Positions 34,653 through 46,300 of a stretch of 64,000 nt of DNA are shown in pieces (the first letter of the stretch is position 1; each line of letters starts with the position of its first letter). The translations under genes and the position numbers were made by a program. The notes under the pieces are model-generated. The model did no database searches and was not told the origin of the DNA. It was given only the letters and a program-made list of their open reading frames with translations. Location: positions 24,883 to 88,882 of the forward strand of contig NIVC01003225.1 in NCBI GenBank assembly GCA_002269645.1, given 5' to 3'. The DNA is from Macrostomum lignano (lineage: Eukaryota).

Positions 34653-36894
34653 ATGGCTGAAACAAAAACTATATGGAGTGATAAATTTCATTTCAAAAAG
34701 CATCGTCAGTATATTAATGAGGTTAGGGCAAAAGATTTAAATTTTACTCTACCAACAAGTGATAATTCAAATAACTTTACTACCGGAACGGTAACTTTTG
34801 ACATTGGCGCAGCCGACAGCGTTTTGGATATGAAAAATGCGTTTTTCCGCGTTAGATGGTTGTATACCAGAAATGATGGAACTGCTCTTGCAGCCGGTGA
34901 TATCGCAGATCGTTCTGGTATTATTATAGAAAATGATTGGTTTTATAAATGTTTTTCCCAAGCCCAACTAACAGTTAATGGAGCCGAGGTTGAGACATCA
35001 ACAAACCCAGCAGAGATTAATGGAGTTTTGAAACATTTAAATTATACTTATTTATCAAAACAAGTTGGTGATAGTGTTGGGTGGATGCCGGATAAGGGTG
35101 ATGGACGAGCACTAGTTTTCCCTAACGTACAAAACGCAGCTGGCGCAGATACCGCAGCTCTTATAGCTTATCTTAATACCAATATAGTGTGACGTTGTCA
35201 GTTTAAGGTGGTCCCGAAAAGGGCCGCTGGACTATATTTTCCCTTGTAATTTCTCATATTAATTTCTCCAATAGTTTATTTTAACGTTTACTTATAGTAG
35301 AGCCCAACGATTTTGTGGCAATTTCTAATTCACTGTATATTTTGCTATCCTCTCTCGCGGCCGTATAAAATTGGCACGATCGATAATTTTAAGTTCTCTC
35401 GCCAGCCAATGAAAACCACTCGTGCTTCGCGCTACCCCCCTCTGCGCTCCTTTATTAAACCCCCCGCCTGGCGGCGGCACTCCTCTCTCCCGTCCTTATC
35501 TGTGCTTCTCTCTTCCTCCCGGCCTGTCCTCGGCCTTGTTTTCCTTCTCTCTGTCTGGGCCAGCCTGTTTACACTGCCTGCCACTGTCTGCCACGGCTAA
35601 CGCCAATCTCACCACTACGCATCTGCCACTGTTGTGCTCATCGCCGTTACTCACCACGTTGCATCGTCTTGCATCACTCGCCTACCACTCAACTACAATC
35701 TCTAACTCACCTTCAATTCAAAACCATTGTTGAAGCCGCCAGTGCCCCAAAAGCGCAATAAGTTCTATATTGATATTAACCGCATCGAATATTGATCTCA
35801 ACAATAATAACCAACTACGGCCAGTTTCCGGCCTTGTATGCCAAGTGCTCCGCTACGCAAATCCGCTATCAAGACTTGACTCGATTCATTTGGGACTAAA
35901 ACGGCCCTTTTAAGGGTCACGGACAACATCAAATAACGTGACAATAGTTCCAGTTGTAACCACCATGACTAACACAAAAGATATTAATACTGGTTTTATC
36001 GATCGTCAGAATAAATTCCCAGTCGCGGTTTTAACCACAGCAAGCGCATATGAGCAGGACTTTTCAATCTTCCCACTATTTGGGTTCTTCTCACCAAATC
36101 GGGTATGGAAAGGATTAAAATTTGGGATACAGTTGCAAATATCTGGCGGATATCAGCCTAGGATACTTTATGGAACCTCGATTTCAACCGATATCGCAGT
36201 TCGCATAGCATCAATTCAATTAGTCGTGCCAAAACTCGAGCTAACGGCACCGCTTTTAAAACATGTCGATAATCAGTTAATGGTTGATCAAGAAATATTT
36301 TATTTGAATCGTCGACACTTTATGCGAACCATTAATAATAACCAGGATTCATTCCAGTGGCAGATAATTACATCAAAACGTCGGGTTAGATATATTTTTG
36401 TTTGGTTTAAGATAACAAACAGAAGGAGTAAAAGAACAAATGGAGATTTATATTGGCTTCAATCGGGTGACATACCAGCACAAGCAGCCACCGCAACAGA
36501 CAATGCGGCTTCGGCTATTAACGAGTTTAATGTTCAGAATATCCGCCTGCAGGTTGATGATCAATATTATCCGGTTAAAGACCCCCTTAATCTAAATCTT
36601 GCAAATAATAATGTTAATGATTTTATAAAATATTATCTGGATTATGTCAAAAATGAAGCGTATGCTGTTCCTCAGTACACACCCACAGAGTTTATAAACA
36701 TTCACCCAGTGGTTGTTTTTGATCTAACGGCACAGAAAGAAAACGTATCCAATGTTGGACTTAATTATATGTTAGAGATTAATAAAACCGGTAATCAGGC
36801 AATAGAGGCCCACGTATTGTTTCTAGAGGAATATATGTCAATTGCTAAAGCTGATGGCACGATTGTTCGGGATGTGCCCTTAGATAAAAATTAG
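34653..36894 (+). pseudogene. Double jelly-roll major capsid protein (about 493 aa restored), interrupted by a solo-LTR-like insert
   Basis: VTFDI...LDMKNAFF...LTVNGAEVE, PLFGFF, RYIFVWF, YYP, VVFDLT resemble Maverick MCP. Removing 35188-35947 rejoins NTNIVPVVTT in frame. Confidence 0.82.
35188..35943. mobile_element. 756-bp solo LTR-like insertion (alternative: non-autonomous Ginger-like element)
   Basis: TGTGACGTT...AACGTGACA termini; 4-bp TSD ATAG (35184-35187, 35944-35947); AATAAA on the minus strand near 35455; no coding capacity. Confidence 0.8.
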
Positions 36895-36913
36895 ATAAAT
36901 TATTTCATTAAAA

Positions 36914-37681
36914 ATGGTAAAAGCAAAACACAATATTATATTTCCAACTGATCCTTTTCTTTGTTTAGTAATTGGTGGGTCGGGTAAAGGAAAAACACAC
37001 TTTGTTTACGATTTATTAACAACAGATGGAATGTTAGACTATAATAATTTATTAATCTATACTAACAAACCTAGAATAAAATATTATGAATTTCTTAAAC
37101 ATGGATTAAAAAACAAATGAAAAAAATATATCTTGTTTAGAATGTTAAGGGCTTATGAGAAATATGAAGACGACGACGAACCAAAATTTACACTCGACGA
37201 CATTGAGGATTTATGTAAAACAACGGCAGAAGATCCAGAAAACACTAACAACCGAGCCCCAACTGTTAGAGTATCAACCCGATTATCCTATGATCAAATT
37301 CCAAAACATGATAAAACATTAATTATTTTTGATGATTGTATTAACGACGGCGATCAAGAATTGCAAAAAGAAATTTTTGTTAGTGGCAGAGGTGATGGAA
37401 TTGGAGCTTTTTATCTAACACAGTCCTTTAGAGAATTAGAATCGATTATAAAAAAGAATGCAAGTTGTTGTGTAATGATCGATTTAGATAACTATGATCT
37501 ACAAAATATACATGCGAGATTTAATCCTGGGTTGGATGCAAAACCATTCAAAAGTATGTGTAAAAAAATTTGGGATGATAGTCAATACAAACATATTTAT
37601 ATCAATCCGAGGTTAGAAAGGAAACATAGAATCTTAACAAATTTGATAAAAGAAGATAACGAGGAAGAGGAAGACCAATAG
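36914..37681 (+). pseudogene. A32/FtsK-like genome packaging ATPase with one in-frame TGA (37118-37120)
   Basis: Walker A GGSGKGKT, Walker B IIFDD, GRGDGIGAFYLTQS; the two ORFs share one frame. Confidence 0.9.
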
Positions 37682-37700
37682 CACGTTTCCCACTATAAAA

Positions 37701-38403
37701 ATGGCTACAAATTTGGATTCAATTACGTAATGCACTAAATCTTGATCAATCTCTAAGTTATCAAATAGGTTTGATACTATTTTCAGTTTTTAACATGCCT
37801 CAATTAATTAATGCAACAAACAATCAATTTAGATATTCTAAAGATTCGGGAGCAAATTGGACAACCATTACTATAACGCCGGGTGCATATAACTATACTG
37901 ATTTGAATGCAGTAATACAAGCGGATTTAACAGATAATGGTGATTGGGTAGCAGATGCGATTGTTATAGGAGTTGATTTACCCTCAGGAAGATTCACGCT
38001 TACATTAGCATCTGGATATCAGGTTGATTTTACAATTGCAAATTCACTTAGAACCATACTAGGATTTAATTCCCGAATCGTTACTGCATCAACAACGGGC
38101 GACACCGTGGGAAATATTGAAGGCGGAGTCAACACAATTAATATTACAACCGACATTTCAAATGGTGGTTATATAACGGACGATAGTGGATTTTTGGTTC
38201 AGCGAGGAATTATTTATTCAATCCCCTTTTTAGCTGTTCCAATCGGAGATAAAATGATAGTTGCTCCGCAAACCCCAATATATTATCCTCTAAAGCAATA
38301 TAATTTACAATCAATTTATATACGAATAGTGGACGATTCAGATCGTATAATAAGTTTTGGTGGACAAGCAATAACAGTAATTTTACGTATAAAACAGGTT
38401 TAA
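37701..38403 (+). CDS. Minor capsid (penton-like, single jelly-roll) protein; frameshift near the start
   Basis: LNLDQSLSYQIGL...MPQLINATNNQFRY, ITITPGAY, SLRTILGF, INITTDI, IYYPL, IRIVD; located between ATPase and protease. Confidence 0.75.
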
Positions 38404-38447
38404 TCGCCCTGTAGGGTCGCGTGCTTTGCACGATTCCCATAGTAAAA

Positions 38448-38621
38448 ATGGGTAATAATAATGCGTTAAAAAAACAATCAGATAAAGTTCAAAACGCAAA
38501 GGATAATTATGAAATTGAACTAACAAAATTGAAACAACTTCAAGCAGAAAAAATCCGAAAGGAGTTGTTAAAACCCACGGCTACAAAACTAACTAAAACC
38601 AAGAGTTTTTCAGGAACATAA
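38448..38621 (+). CDS. 57-aa basic coiled-coil protein starting MGNNNA
   Basis: TAAAAATG start; closely packed between penton and protease genes. Confidence 0.55.
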   Translation: MGNNNALKKQSDKVQNAKDNYEIELTKLKQLQAEKIRKELLKPTATKLTKTKSFSGT

Positions 38622-38622
38622 A

Positions 38623-39117
38623 ATGACTATGAGTTGGGGCGAGTTCAAACAAAGATATGGAACAGACACAACAAGCAATATCGAATTAACAAATTGGGCA
38701 AGGCAATTAAAAATAAAACCATTTAGATGTGTTATGCGGGATGAGATCAAAGATTTACCACAATATGGATCTTACATAGTCAATATTGAAACGACAAAAG
38801 AAAACGGCGTTCATTGGTCAGCAGTTTATTCCAAACCCAAACTTGTTTATTTTTTTGATTCATATGCCCTTCCTCCATTACAGGAAATAAAAGACAAATT
38901 TAATCATACTAAAAATCGTTTATGTGGAGATTATCACGAACAGTTTCAAACCTTTGACAAAAGTTATTGCGGACAGGCGGCGCTTTATTTTTTTTATCGA
39001 CTTTCGAATGAAGCTCGTGTAAACCCAGAAGTATTTAAAGCTATTTTAGACTCCATAAAAAAGACAGTAAAAAATGTTATTTTCTGGAACACCCTCATGG
39101 AACGGAACAACAAGTAG
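38623..39117 (+). CDS. Adenain-like (clan CE) cysteine maturation protease
   Basis: GVHWSA (His), YFFDSY (Asp), FQTFDKSYCGQ (Gln/Cys); intact ORF. Confidence 0.92.
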   Translation: MTMSWGEFKQRYGTDTTSNIELTNWARQLKIKPFRCVMRDEIKDLPQYGSYIVNIETTKENGVHWSAVYSKPKLVYFFDSYALPPLQEIKDKFNHTKNRLCGDYHEQFQTFDKSYCGQAALYFFYRLSNEARVNPEVFKAILDSIKKTVKNVIFWNTLMERNNK

Positions 39118-41118
39118 TGGTGGTGGCACTTCTGGTGGGATTAGTGTTACATTCGGAGATAATCGATATATTAATGAAGATGAAGGTTATAAAAAAACTG
39201 AAATTGATAATAAACTAAATTTGAAACGGAATGTTGCAGATTCCTATACCAAAACTCAAATAGATGATTCATTAAATTTAAAACGCAATACAGCCGATTC
39301 TTATACCAAAACTGAAATCGACACTTCATTAAATTTGAAACGGAATGTTGCAGATTCTTATACCAAAACCGAGGTTGATAATTCCTTAAATTTGAAAAGA
39401 GATATATCTGATTCCTATACCAAAACAGAGGTTGATAATTCCTTAAATTTGAAAAGAGATATAAGTGATTCCTATACCAAAACAGAGGTTGATAATTCCC
39501 TAAATTTAAAACGGAATGTTGCTGATTCCTATACCAAAACAGAGGTTGATAATTCCTTAAATTTGAAAAGAGATATAACTGATTCCTATACCAAAACAGA
39601 GGTTGATAATTCCTTAAATTTAAAACGGAATGTTGCTGATTCTTATACCAAAACCGAAGTTGATAATATAGTTGGAGGTGGAGCCCCAAAACAGGATCGA
39701 TTCCAAACTGTTGAAACTGGCCACATACCTACCATGTCAGATTGGAGTGGAAATGGTTTTACAATAACCGCAAGCACCGCATTTAATACAACTGATTTTG
39801 CAAGTTGGAAAGCGTTTGATGGTAATGATTCAACAGATTGGGCAACAAATAATACCCAAACTGATTATTGGATTCAAGTCCAATGCCCCTCCGCGATAAT
39901 GTGTTATAAAATTGATTTGCGTGGGAGACCGTCGCCTTCAACCGAGCACCCCGCATCATGGCGATTTGAGGGGAGTAATGACAATACGAGCTGGGATGTT
40001 TTAATACCTGCGGATAGTTCTGTAGAAATAAATAACTCAACTCAAACAATTAATGTCACACAAAATTTTGATAAAACATATTTATATTTCAGATTGTTCT
40101 GTCTTACGTCAACATCGGGTTCTACCAACCCCGGCCTGTCAACCTTTCAGATTTATAGGCAGACTTTCACAGTTCTTGATTTAAATTTGGGAGTAGTTAA
40201 TCAATCAATTGATATGGGTGGTAACACAATTACTAATATCTCTACTATAAACGATAACAGCTCTGTTGTTACTAAAGGTTATGTTGATACTGTTGTAACA
40301 CAAACGTCGGATGGCCGAATGTCTTTTAACGATAAAATAAAATTGGATGGAATACCTGCAATTGATGCCGCTTTGTACGAACCCGTAATTTGCAATTGGA
40401 CTGGATATCAAAACCCAACCACCGCCGGTGATATTTTCCAACAGGAAGTTTTGTTGGAGATGCTTTATATATTGATTATCAAAATGGAGCTAGAATTACT
40501 GATGAAGCATCGGGTCGGTCTGGAGCGTTACAATTTAATTTAACACATTTTCGTAATATATCCTACTCCTTCTATTTCCGAGTTGCTAATGCCACAGGTG
40601 ATGGAGCTGATGCGGTTTGGTTTTATGCATACTGTCATGAACGACCAACAAGTGAATTTGGATCTGGATTAACAACCAACGCCGGCTTGATAGTGTTTGC
40701 GAGTGAATGGCATGACAGAGTTGGACTTCTTTGGAGTAATTTAAAATCAGACGGATCAACAGTTCGTAATGATGTTCTTAATGACGCAGATCAAACTATA
40801 ACCTATGCCGATATTGATAATGGTGATTGGTATCTGTTTGAAATCAATATTCTTAATCAAAGAGTTTGGTATCAATTAAGCTCATTCAATGTTTCAACTA
40901 AAGCATATACGCTAATTGGGCAAAACTTTTTTACATATGATAGTGGAACTTGGGGAGAGTTAGATAAAACGGGAACTCTTATGGGTTTTGGTGCTCGAAC
41001 TGGAGGATCAGATGCTGCACATTTTATTCGTGGCGCGGCCGTTTGTGGTAGCACATCAGCAGGATATAGTTTTGCTGCGACCGCATATTTGGAACAACCA
41101 CCCACTCAGATAACTTAA
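39074..41118 (+). CDS. Putative fibre / receptor-binding protein (about 681 aa after restoring one T at about 40436)
   Basis: 8.5 x 19-aa DSYTKTEVDNSLNLKRxxx repeats; discoidin/F5-8C-like domain (ASTAF..WKAFDG...W..WIQV...W.FEGSND..W); DMGGNTITNI..TKGYVD fibre motif; L-lectin-like FVGDA...ARIT...GADAVWF. Confidence 0.72.
39181..39670 (+). repeat. 57-bp coding tandem repeat (fibre shaft)
   Basis: In-frame repeat with mostly synonymous variation. Confidence 0.9.
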
Positions 41119-41133
41119 ATATTTCTATATAAA

Positions 41134-41460
41134 ATGGCTTTTAGTAGAAATCCATCGATGCGACAAAATAATGTTATTATTCCGATTCCTAAACAAGAAT
41201 CAAATATAAAAACTTTTAAATCTCATACCAAATTTTTATTTAGTACTGTAAATGTCCAGGATAATAAGAAACTTCAAGAATTAATTAAATTGTTAAAAAA
41301 CCATATTATACTTCAAGAGTTTTGGAAAATAGGATTTAAATGGGAGAAAAAAGAAAGAATCACTCCAATGCAATACTTATTGAGCTCGGGGCAGATTCCC
41401 AAAGAGCGTGGAGAGTTCATTTTGGTGCTATTAAAAATAGACGAAAATGTCGGTGTCTGA
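41134..41460 (+). CDS. Hypothetical protein (108 aa)
   Basis: TATATAAAATG start; overlaps the next ORF. Confidence 0.6.
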   Translation: MAFSRNPSMRQNNVIIPIPKQESNIKTFKSHTKFLFSTVNVQDNKKLQELIKLLKNHIILQEFWKIGFKWEKKERITPMQYLLSSGQIPKERGEFILVLLKIDENVGV

Positions 41461-42130
41461 AGCAGATAAAAGGGAACGTGACCATTTTAACCAACGTAAA
41501 GGTCACATGTTAAGGAATGTTGATCGTATTAACTATGATTATGATTTATATAGTAAAAAAGTAAGAAGAGTTTCAAACCATATCAGAAATATGGATTTTT
41601 TCAATATTGGATTTGGAAGTTTATCGATGTTATGTGTAATAGTTTTAGGTATTTTACAGTCAGTTCCAACTCTTAATTTATCTCAATTATTTTTAGGTAT
41701 TTCAATTGGTTCAATATCAGGTTTTGAATTAATCAGAAACTTATCAATACTTTTGGCAATTAAATTATATCTTAAAAAACGAAAAGAAAAATATAAATCA
41801 TTAAGAGATATTGCAAAACAATATAAAAATCAGTTATATTTATATGTGCAAAAAATATTGGATGATGGAGAGATAACAATTCATAAGTTATCAACGGCGG
41901 TTGAATTATATGAAAAATATTTAAAAGATAGAAATCGAATTTTGGATGTTGAAACTTTTACCGATATGGAGTTAAAGGAATTACGTTTGGACAAACCCAA
42001 AGTTCCGCCTATAGAAACTATTGAATACAAGCCGGAAATTATCGGACGAAGTCCGCGAACCTCCGGTTCGATGTCTACTGGGGTACAAAGCCCGCGGTCA
42101 GGAAGTACTGTAGAACTTCAGGTTGTTTAA
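41447..42130 (+). CDS. Two-TM Maverick protein resembling adintovirus GasderminX-type proteins
   Basis: Two hydrophobic helices then KKRKEKYKSLRDIAKQYKNQL...KILDDGEIT...ELYEKY, recalled as similar to a conserved Maverick membrane-protein pattern. Confidence 0.5.
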   Translation: MSVSEADKRERDHFNQRKGHMLRNVDRINYDYDLYSKKVRRVSNHIRNMDFFNIGFGSLSMLCVIVLGILQSVPTLNLSQLFLGISIGSISGFELIRNLSILLAIKLYLKKRKEKYKSLRDIAKQYKNQLYLYVQKILDDGEITIHKLSTAVELYEKYLKDRNRILDVETFTDMELKELRLDKPKVPPIETIEYKPEIIGRSPRTSGSMSTGVQSPRSGSTVELQVV

Positions 42131-42610
42131 TTTATTTAATGCATATGTTATATATTCTTCCCAAAGTGGTAACTCTCTTATAATCCTAGGTTTAATTTTT
42201 TTATCAATACATAAAAATTCCAATGACTTTTTCAATAACATTTCGTTAGGTATGTTGCCTATCCTTATAAACTTTGTATTCTGTCGCAAAAGAAAATTGA
42301 AATAATATCCAACTAAAATTAAAATCCTTTCAGAGTCTTTCGAACTTAATCCCTTTCCTTTATTTAAATGGAAAAAGTTATTATATAAATAAACATTATT
42401 TCCATGAATTAAAATTGGATTAGAAATGTCCCTTGTAAGATTTTTTATAATTGTGTTTTTGAAATAGTAATATGAGTTTTCAATCTTTTTTGTTTTTTCA
42501 AATTGATATATTTTAGAACATGAATAACACATGTGATATATATCTCCGTTTGCTGTTTGACCTCTATGCATAGTAACATTACATTTTTTACATTCGTAAA
42601 TGTCTTTCAT
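42098..42610 (-). CDS. Zn-ribbon hypothetical protein (170 aa)
   Basis: CKKC...CYSC at the N-terminus; AAAAATG start. Confidence 0.55.
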   Translation of the reverse strand: MKDIYECKKCNVTMHRGQTANGDIYHMCYSCSKIYQFEKTKKIENSYYYFKNTIIKNLTRDISNPILIHGNNVYLYNNFFHLNKGKGLSSKDSERILILVGYYFNFLLRQNTKFIRIGNIPNEMLLKKSLEFLCIDKKIKPRIIRELPLWEEYITYALNKLNNLKFYSTS

Positions 42611-42637
42611 TTTTTTTGTTATTTTTTTAGATTAAAA

Positions 42638-42973
42638 ATGGAACGCTGGTTCAAAACCGATTCTAATGTGATTAATTTTCTCACACCCAATATGTTGGAG
42701 AATAAAGAATATGATATTATATGTTTGAGACAGGTTAAATTTATTGGAATTCAATCGATATTTTCACAATTGGATGGTCATACTGTCCTATGTCTAAGTG
42801 GGAATGATGTTAAAAATTTTCCAGTTTTAGTTATTAATAAACCGAAAAAGTTTGTTATGAAATATAGTCTGGGCGACAGTGGCTTGCAATTTAAACTAAA
42901 ACAAACAAAAAATAAAAAGAGGGACAGGACTGTAAAGTTGGCTTCCGTTTGGGAGGACAACGACGAAGACTAA
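42638..42973 (+). CDS. Hypothetical protein (about 111 aa)
   Basis: TAAAAATG start inside the tracked ORF 42533-42973. Confidence 0.55.
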   Translation: MERWFKTDSNVINFLTPNMLENKEYDIICLRQVKFIGIQSIFSQLDGHTVLCLSGNDVKNFPVLVINKPKKFVMKYSLGDSGLQFKLKQTKNKKRDRTVKLASVWEDNDED

Positions 42974-42988
42974 ATTTTTTATAAGAAA

Positions 42989-43332
42989 ATGGAGACACTA
43001 AAGATCTTTATAACTAAAGAGCGCGAACTTGAAGATATTAATAAAAAATAAATAAAATATGTTATAGTGATTATGGAGAAGATATGTTTCCTATTCGATA
43101 CGAGTTGGATAAAAGAAAGCGTTTTATACAAGCTGCGATTGCTTATGCTGAAACAGTAATTGAAATTGAAATCGATCGACTTGTTAGGAGAATAAAAGTA
43201 CTTAGGAAAAAAGTAAAAGAATGTTTAAGTTACCCTGCCGACTGCGAAGACAATTGGTGTTCTATAAAATTTGAAATTGAAATGGATATTATGCTCAAAC
43301 AATTACATGCTTTAGTTTTTTATAAGTGCTAG
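42989..43332 (+). CDS. Hypothetical protein; one extra A at about 43050 joins the 42989 ATG to ORF 43084-43332
   Basis: C-terminal part conserved in copy 1 (about 23660-23835, minus strand); stop overlaps the polB stop at CTAG. Confidence 0.55.
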
Positions 43333-46300
43333 TTCATCAATATCGAACTCAAAACAATTATAATCAACGTCAAATAGTAAGCTGTTATAATATTCAATTG
43401 AATGCTCATGCTGTGGTTTGTCATCAAAATAGTTTTTAAAGAATGGTTTCATAACTCCGTTTTTATCCGGTTTTTCTCTTTTAAATGTTTTATCGTAGAG
43501 GTATATGTTTTTGATATTGTTGATCCGCTTTGGGGGATTATTATCCCACCTTCAAACGATCGTTTCCACGGAGCATTACTATTTACTTTTATCGACTGTC
43601 CATCATATAAAGTTTTAAACGATGCAAAATTAATCTTATCATTTGCACATCCTTTAAATGTTTTTTTCTCTACCATAATAAAATCATCTTTCAACAAAAG
43701 ACAATATTTAATTTTAGGAGCAATAAAATATCCGAATATAATTCCACCCTCACCATAATCATTTTTTCCTTGACTTAAATTATTTCCGACATGTCCGTTT
43801 TTATTTAATGTATCCCAATGTTTTTATGTATATATAACGAATCCGTATCACCGTAATAAATTTCTGGAGTTTTTGAACCGTCTATAGAGGTGATAAAATT
43901 ATTCATGATCCTTCTTGAATGAGCTAATATAAATATTCCTAATTGTGCCGGACAAAGACCCGTTGTAGGATTATCGTCGTCATCTATATATTCTTGTGCG
44001 TCTTTCTTTTTTTCTACATAAAATAAATCGTCACATATTTTCTCATATGACTTGATTGTGTCATCGTATTCTGTTTTTAATGTATTCAAATTCCAGAGAT
44101 GATTTGTGAAAGTAATGTCTCTTTGAACTGTTTTACCATATAAGGAATTTAACAATGTTTTTACTAATTCAGAACCTGCCTCGTTATTTTCTTTTTTAAA
44201 CACTTTTCTCATTTCAAAAAGGTTTGTAATATAATTTTGAAACGGAGAGAAATCGTAATTTTTTCATATACAATTCCACTGTATATCTTTAATATTTTTC
44301 CACCCATTCTTACAATTTCTTGTATGTCTACGGAACATAAGGTGTCGATTACCTTTCCGATTCGAAACCTATTTAATGTTTTTGTTTCATTTGCTTTTGT
44401 TTCCGGATTATAAAATTTCTCTTTATCTTTCGATGGGAGATGTTGAAGAAAAACGCTGGTACCAGTAGGATTCTCATACATAATCTTTAAAACCGCTGTT
44501 TTTGGTCGAAAGGTTTGTGAATTAAATTGTGTCAAGAAATCTTTTTCCTCGCTTATATCAAAAACTCTGCCTTTTCTGCTCTTGGATATTCACTATCCTT
44601 ATCAGACATGGCGGATGGGTACAATGAGACTCCATCAAAATTCATTAAACAATCTGATACCGTACCCAATTGGTTTTTTAGTTTAATTGCGATTTTCTTT
44701 TTTTCTTCCATATCGCTTTTGAGATAAGTTGATATAACCTCGCATGGGTCGCTTGTCGGTATTTTTAAATGGTCTTTTACAACGTCTACAATTGTTTGAA
44801 AACAGTCGCTTTCGTATTTATTTATTAGTGCAAATACTCTACCTCCTTTGACTGCGTCCTCATAAACCTTCTTATATAAGGGTTGGTATGAGAGTGAACT
44901 GAAAATTCTTTTCTTAATAATGTTTGGTATTTCATTTTTTCAAGTTTGCTTAAGTCAAAATAATCTTCGATTTTTAACGGAGATATTATTTCTTCAACTT
45001 TTTTAATGTAATTACTTTTTTCTTTTGTCTTTAGGTATTGTTTCATTTTGTCTTCAACTCTAACAAAATCTTTAAACCAACATTTTAATGTTAAACTCGA
45101 ACAGGTAAGAGTATCGAACATTGTCATTCCTCCAATTTCATATGCTATTTCGTTATACTTATGAATACAGGCGCATAAAGAAATAAGATCAAATTGTAAA
45201 TATTCATACCATTCGTCCATGCGCTCTAGGTAGTCGTCCTCAGTAATGTCATGAACCATTGAGGTCTTGCGCAAATCCTCTCTAATTGTCATTGATGAAC
45301 AAAACTTTTTTAAACTCATTGAGGCGTGTTGATATGAGCAAAGCATCGTAATGGTTTGTTTCGAATCCTTATGATTCTTCTTCTTATCTTTGTTTATAAA
45401 CGCTCTAACCTCTTTTGACATATAATCATTTACAAAAGTGATTGATAATATTCCTCTTGGGGTTTTAAGAATTTTAATTGGTTTTATATTGCAAAATAGT
45501 GGTATGTATGAATCGAAGCGGGATGAGTTGTGTGCGATCAAAACAATCTTTTTTGACCTAACTGTACCAAGGTATTTAAACATTTTTCTAACACAATCAA
45601 CCTTTGGTTGCGAACCTTCGGTACGATCGGTCTTATCTCCGTCTGTTTGAAAATCACATCCGCGGTCTGATATCAAGATCTTAGTTAGTTTCTTTATTTC
45701 CTCTGGAGTTTCGTTACAATTATTAGAAAAGTCGTTATAGTTTAAAAGACCAACTGCATACGGGCATGCTTGTTGATTATAATTTAAATATGTTTCAAAA
45801 TCAAATATGTATACATTTGATTTATTGGGATTTGTGGGTGTGTTGAACATTTTTAACTCTTTAACATTTTCGGGCGTTGGGTTTTTAAATACTACTTTAT
45901 AATTGTCTTTTATCCGTTCGAGGGCGATTCCTCGTTGTTTATTGGATATAAGGCAATAATGACCAATGTGATAATCAGCCGTGTGATAATAATTTATTAA
46001 TAACCACTCGTGGTGAATCCCTCTTTGAGACTTCGGTTCAATTCCACGATTAATAGGGTTATACAGCCCCATGTTAAGATTAAAATATACATTGAATTTT
46101 CCAATTCTTGAATTTGTCATTAATCCTTGTTGGGTTCTTGAGTCGTACAACCAAGCACAATATTCGTCTTTGGATGGGGCTTTATCACCATAAATAAACT
46201 GAACACACTTGTAGAAACAATTTCCATCACTAGGTATGTAACAGTACTCATCTTTATACTCTGCAATTTCACACATGACATTTGTTCCCATACCCTGCTT

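Noticed and set aside
19600-37120. Alternative genetic code or readthrough to explain in-frame stops in Maverick genes
   Set aside because: Both TAA and TGA occur, and for the copy-1 stops the other copy has ordinary Lys or Glu codons, so they are mutations.
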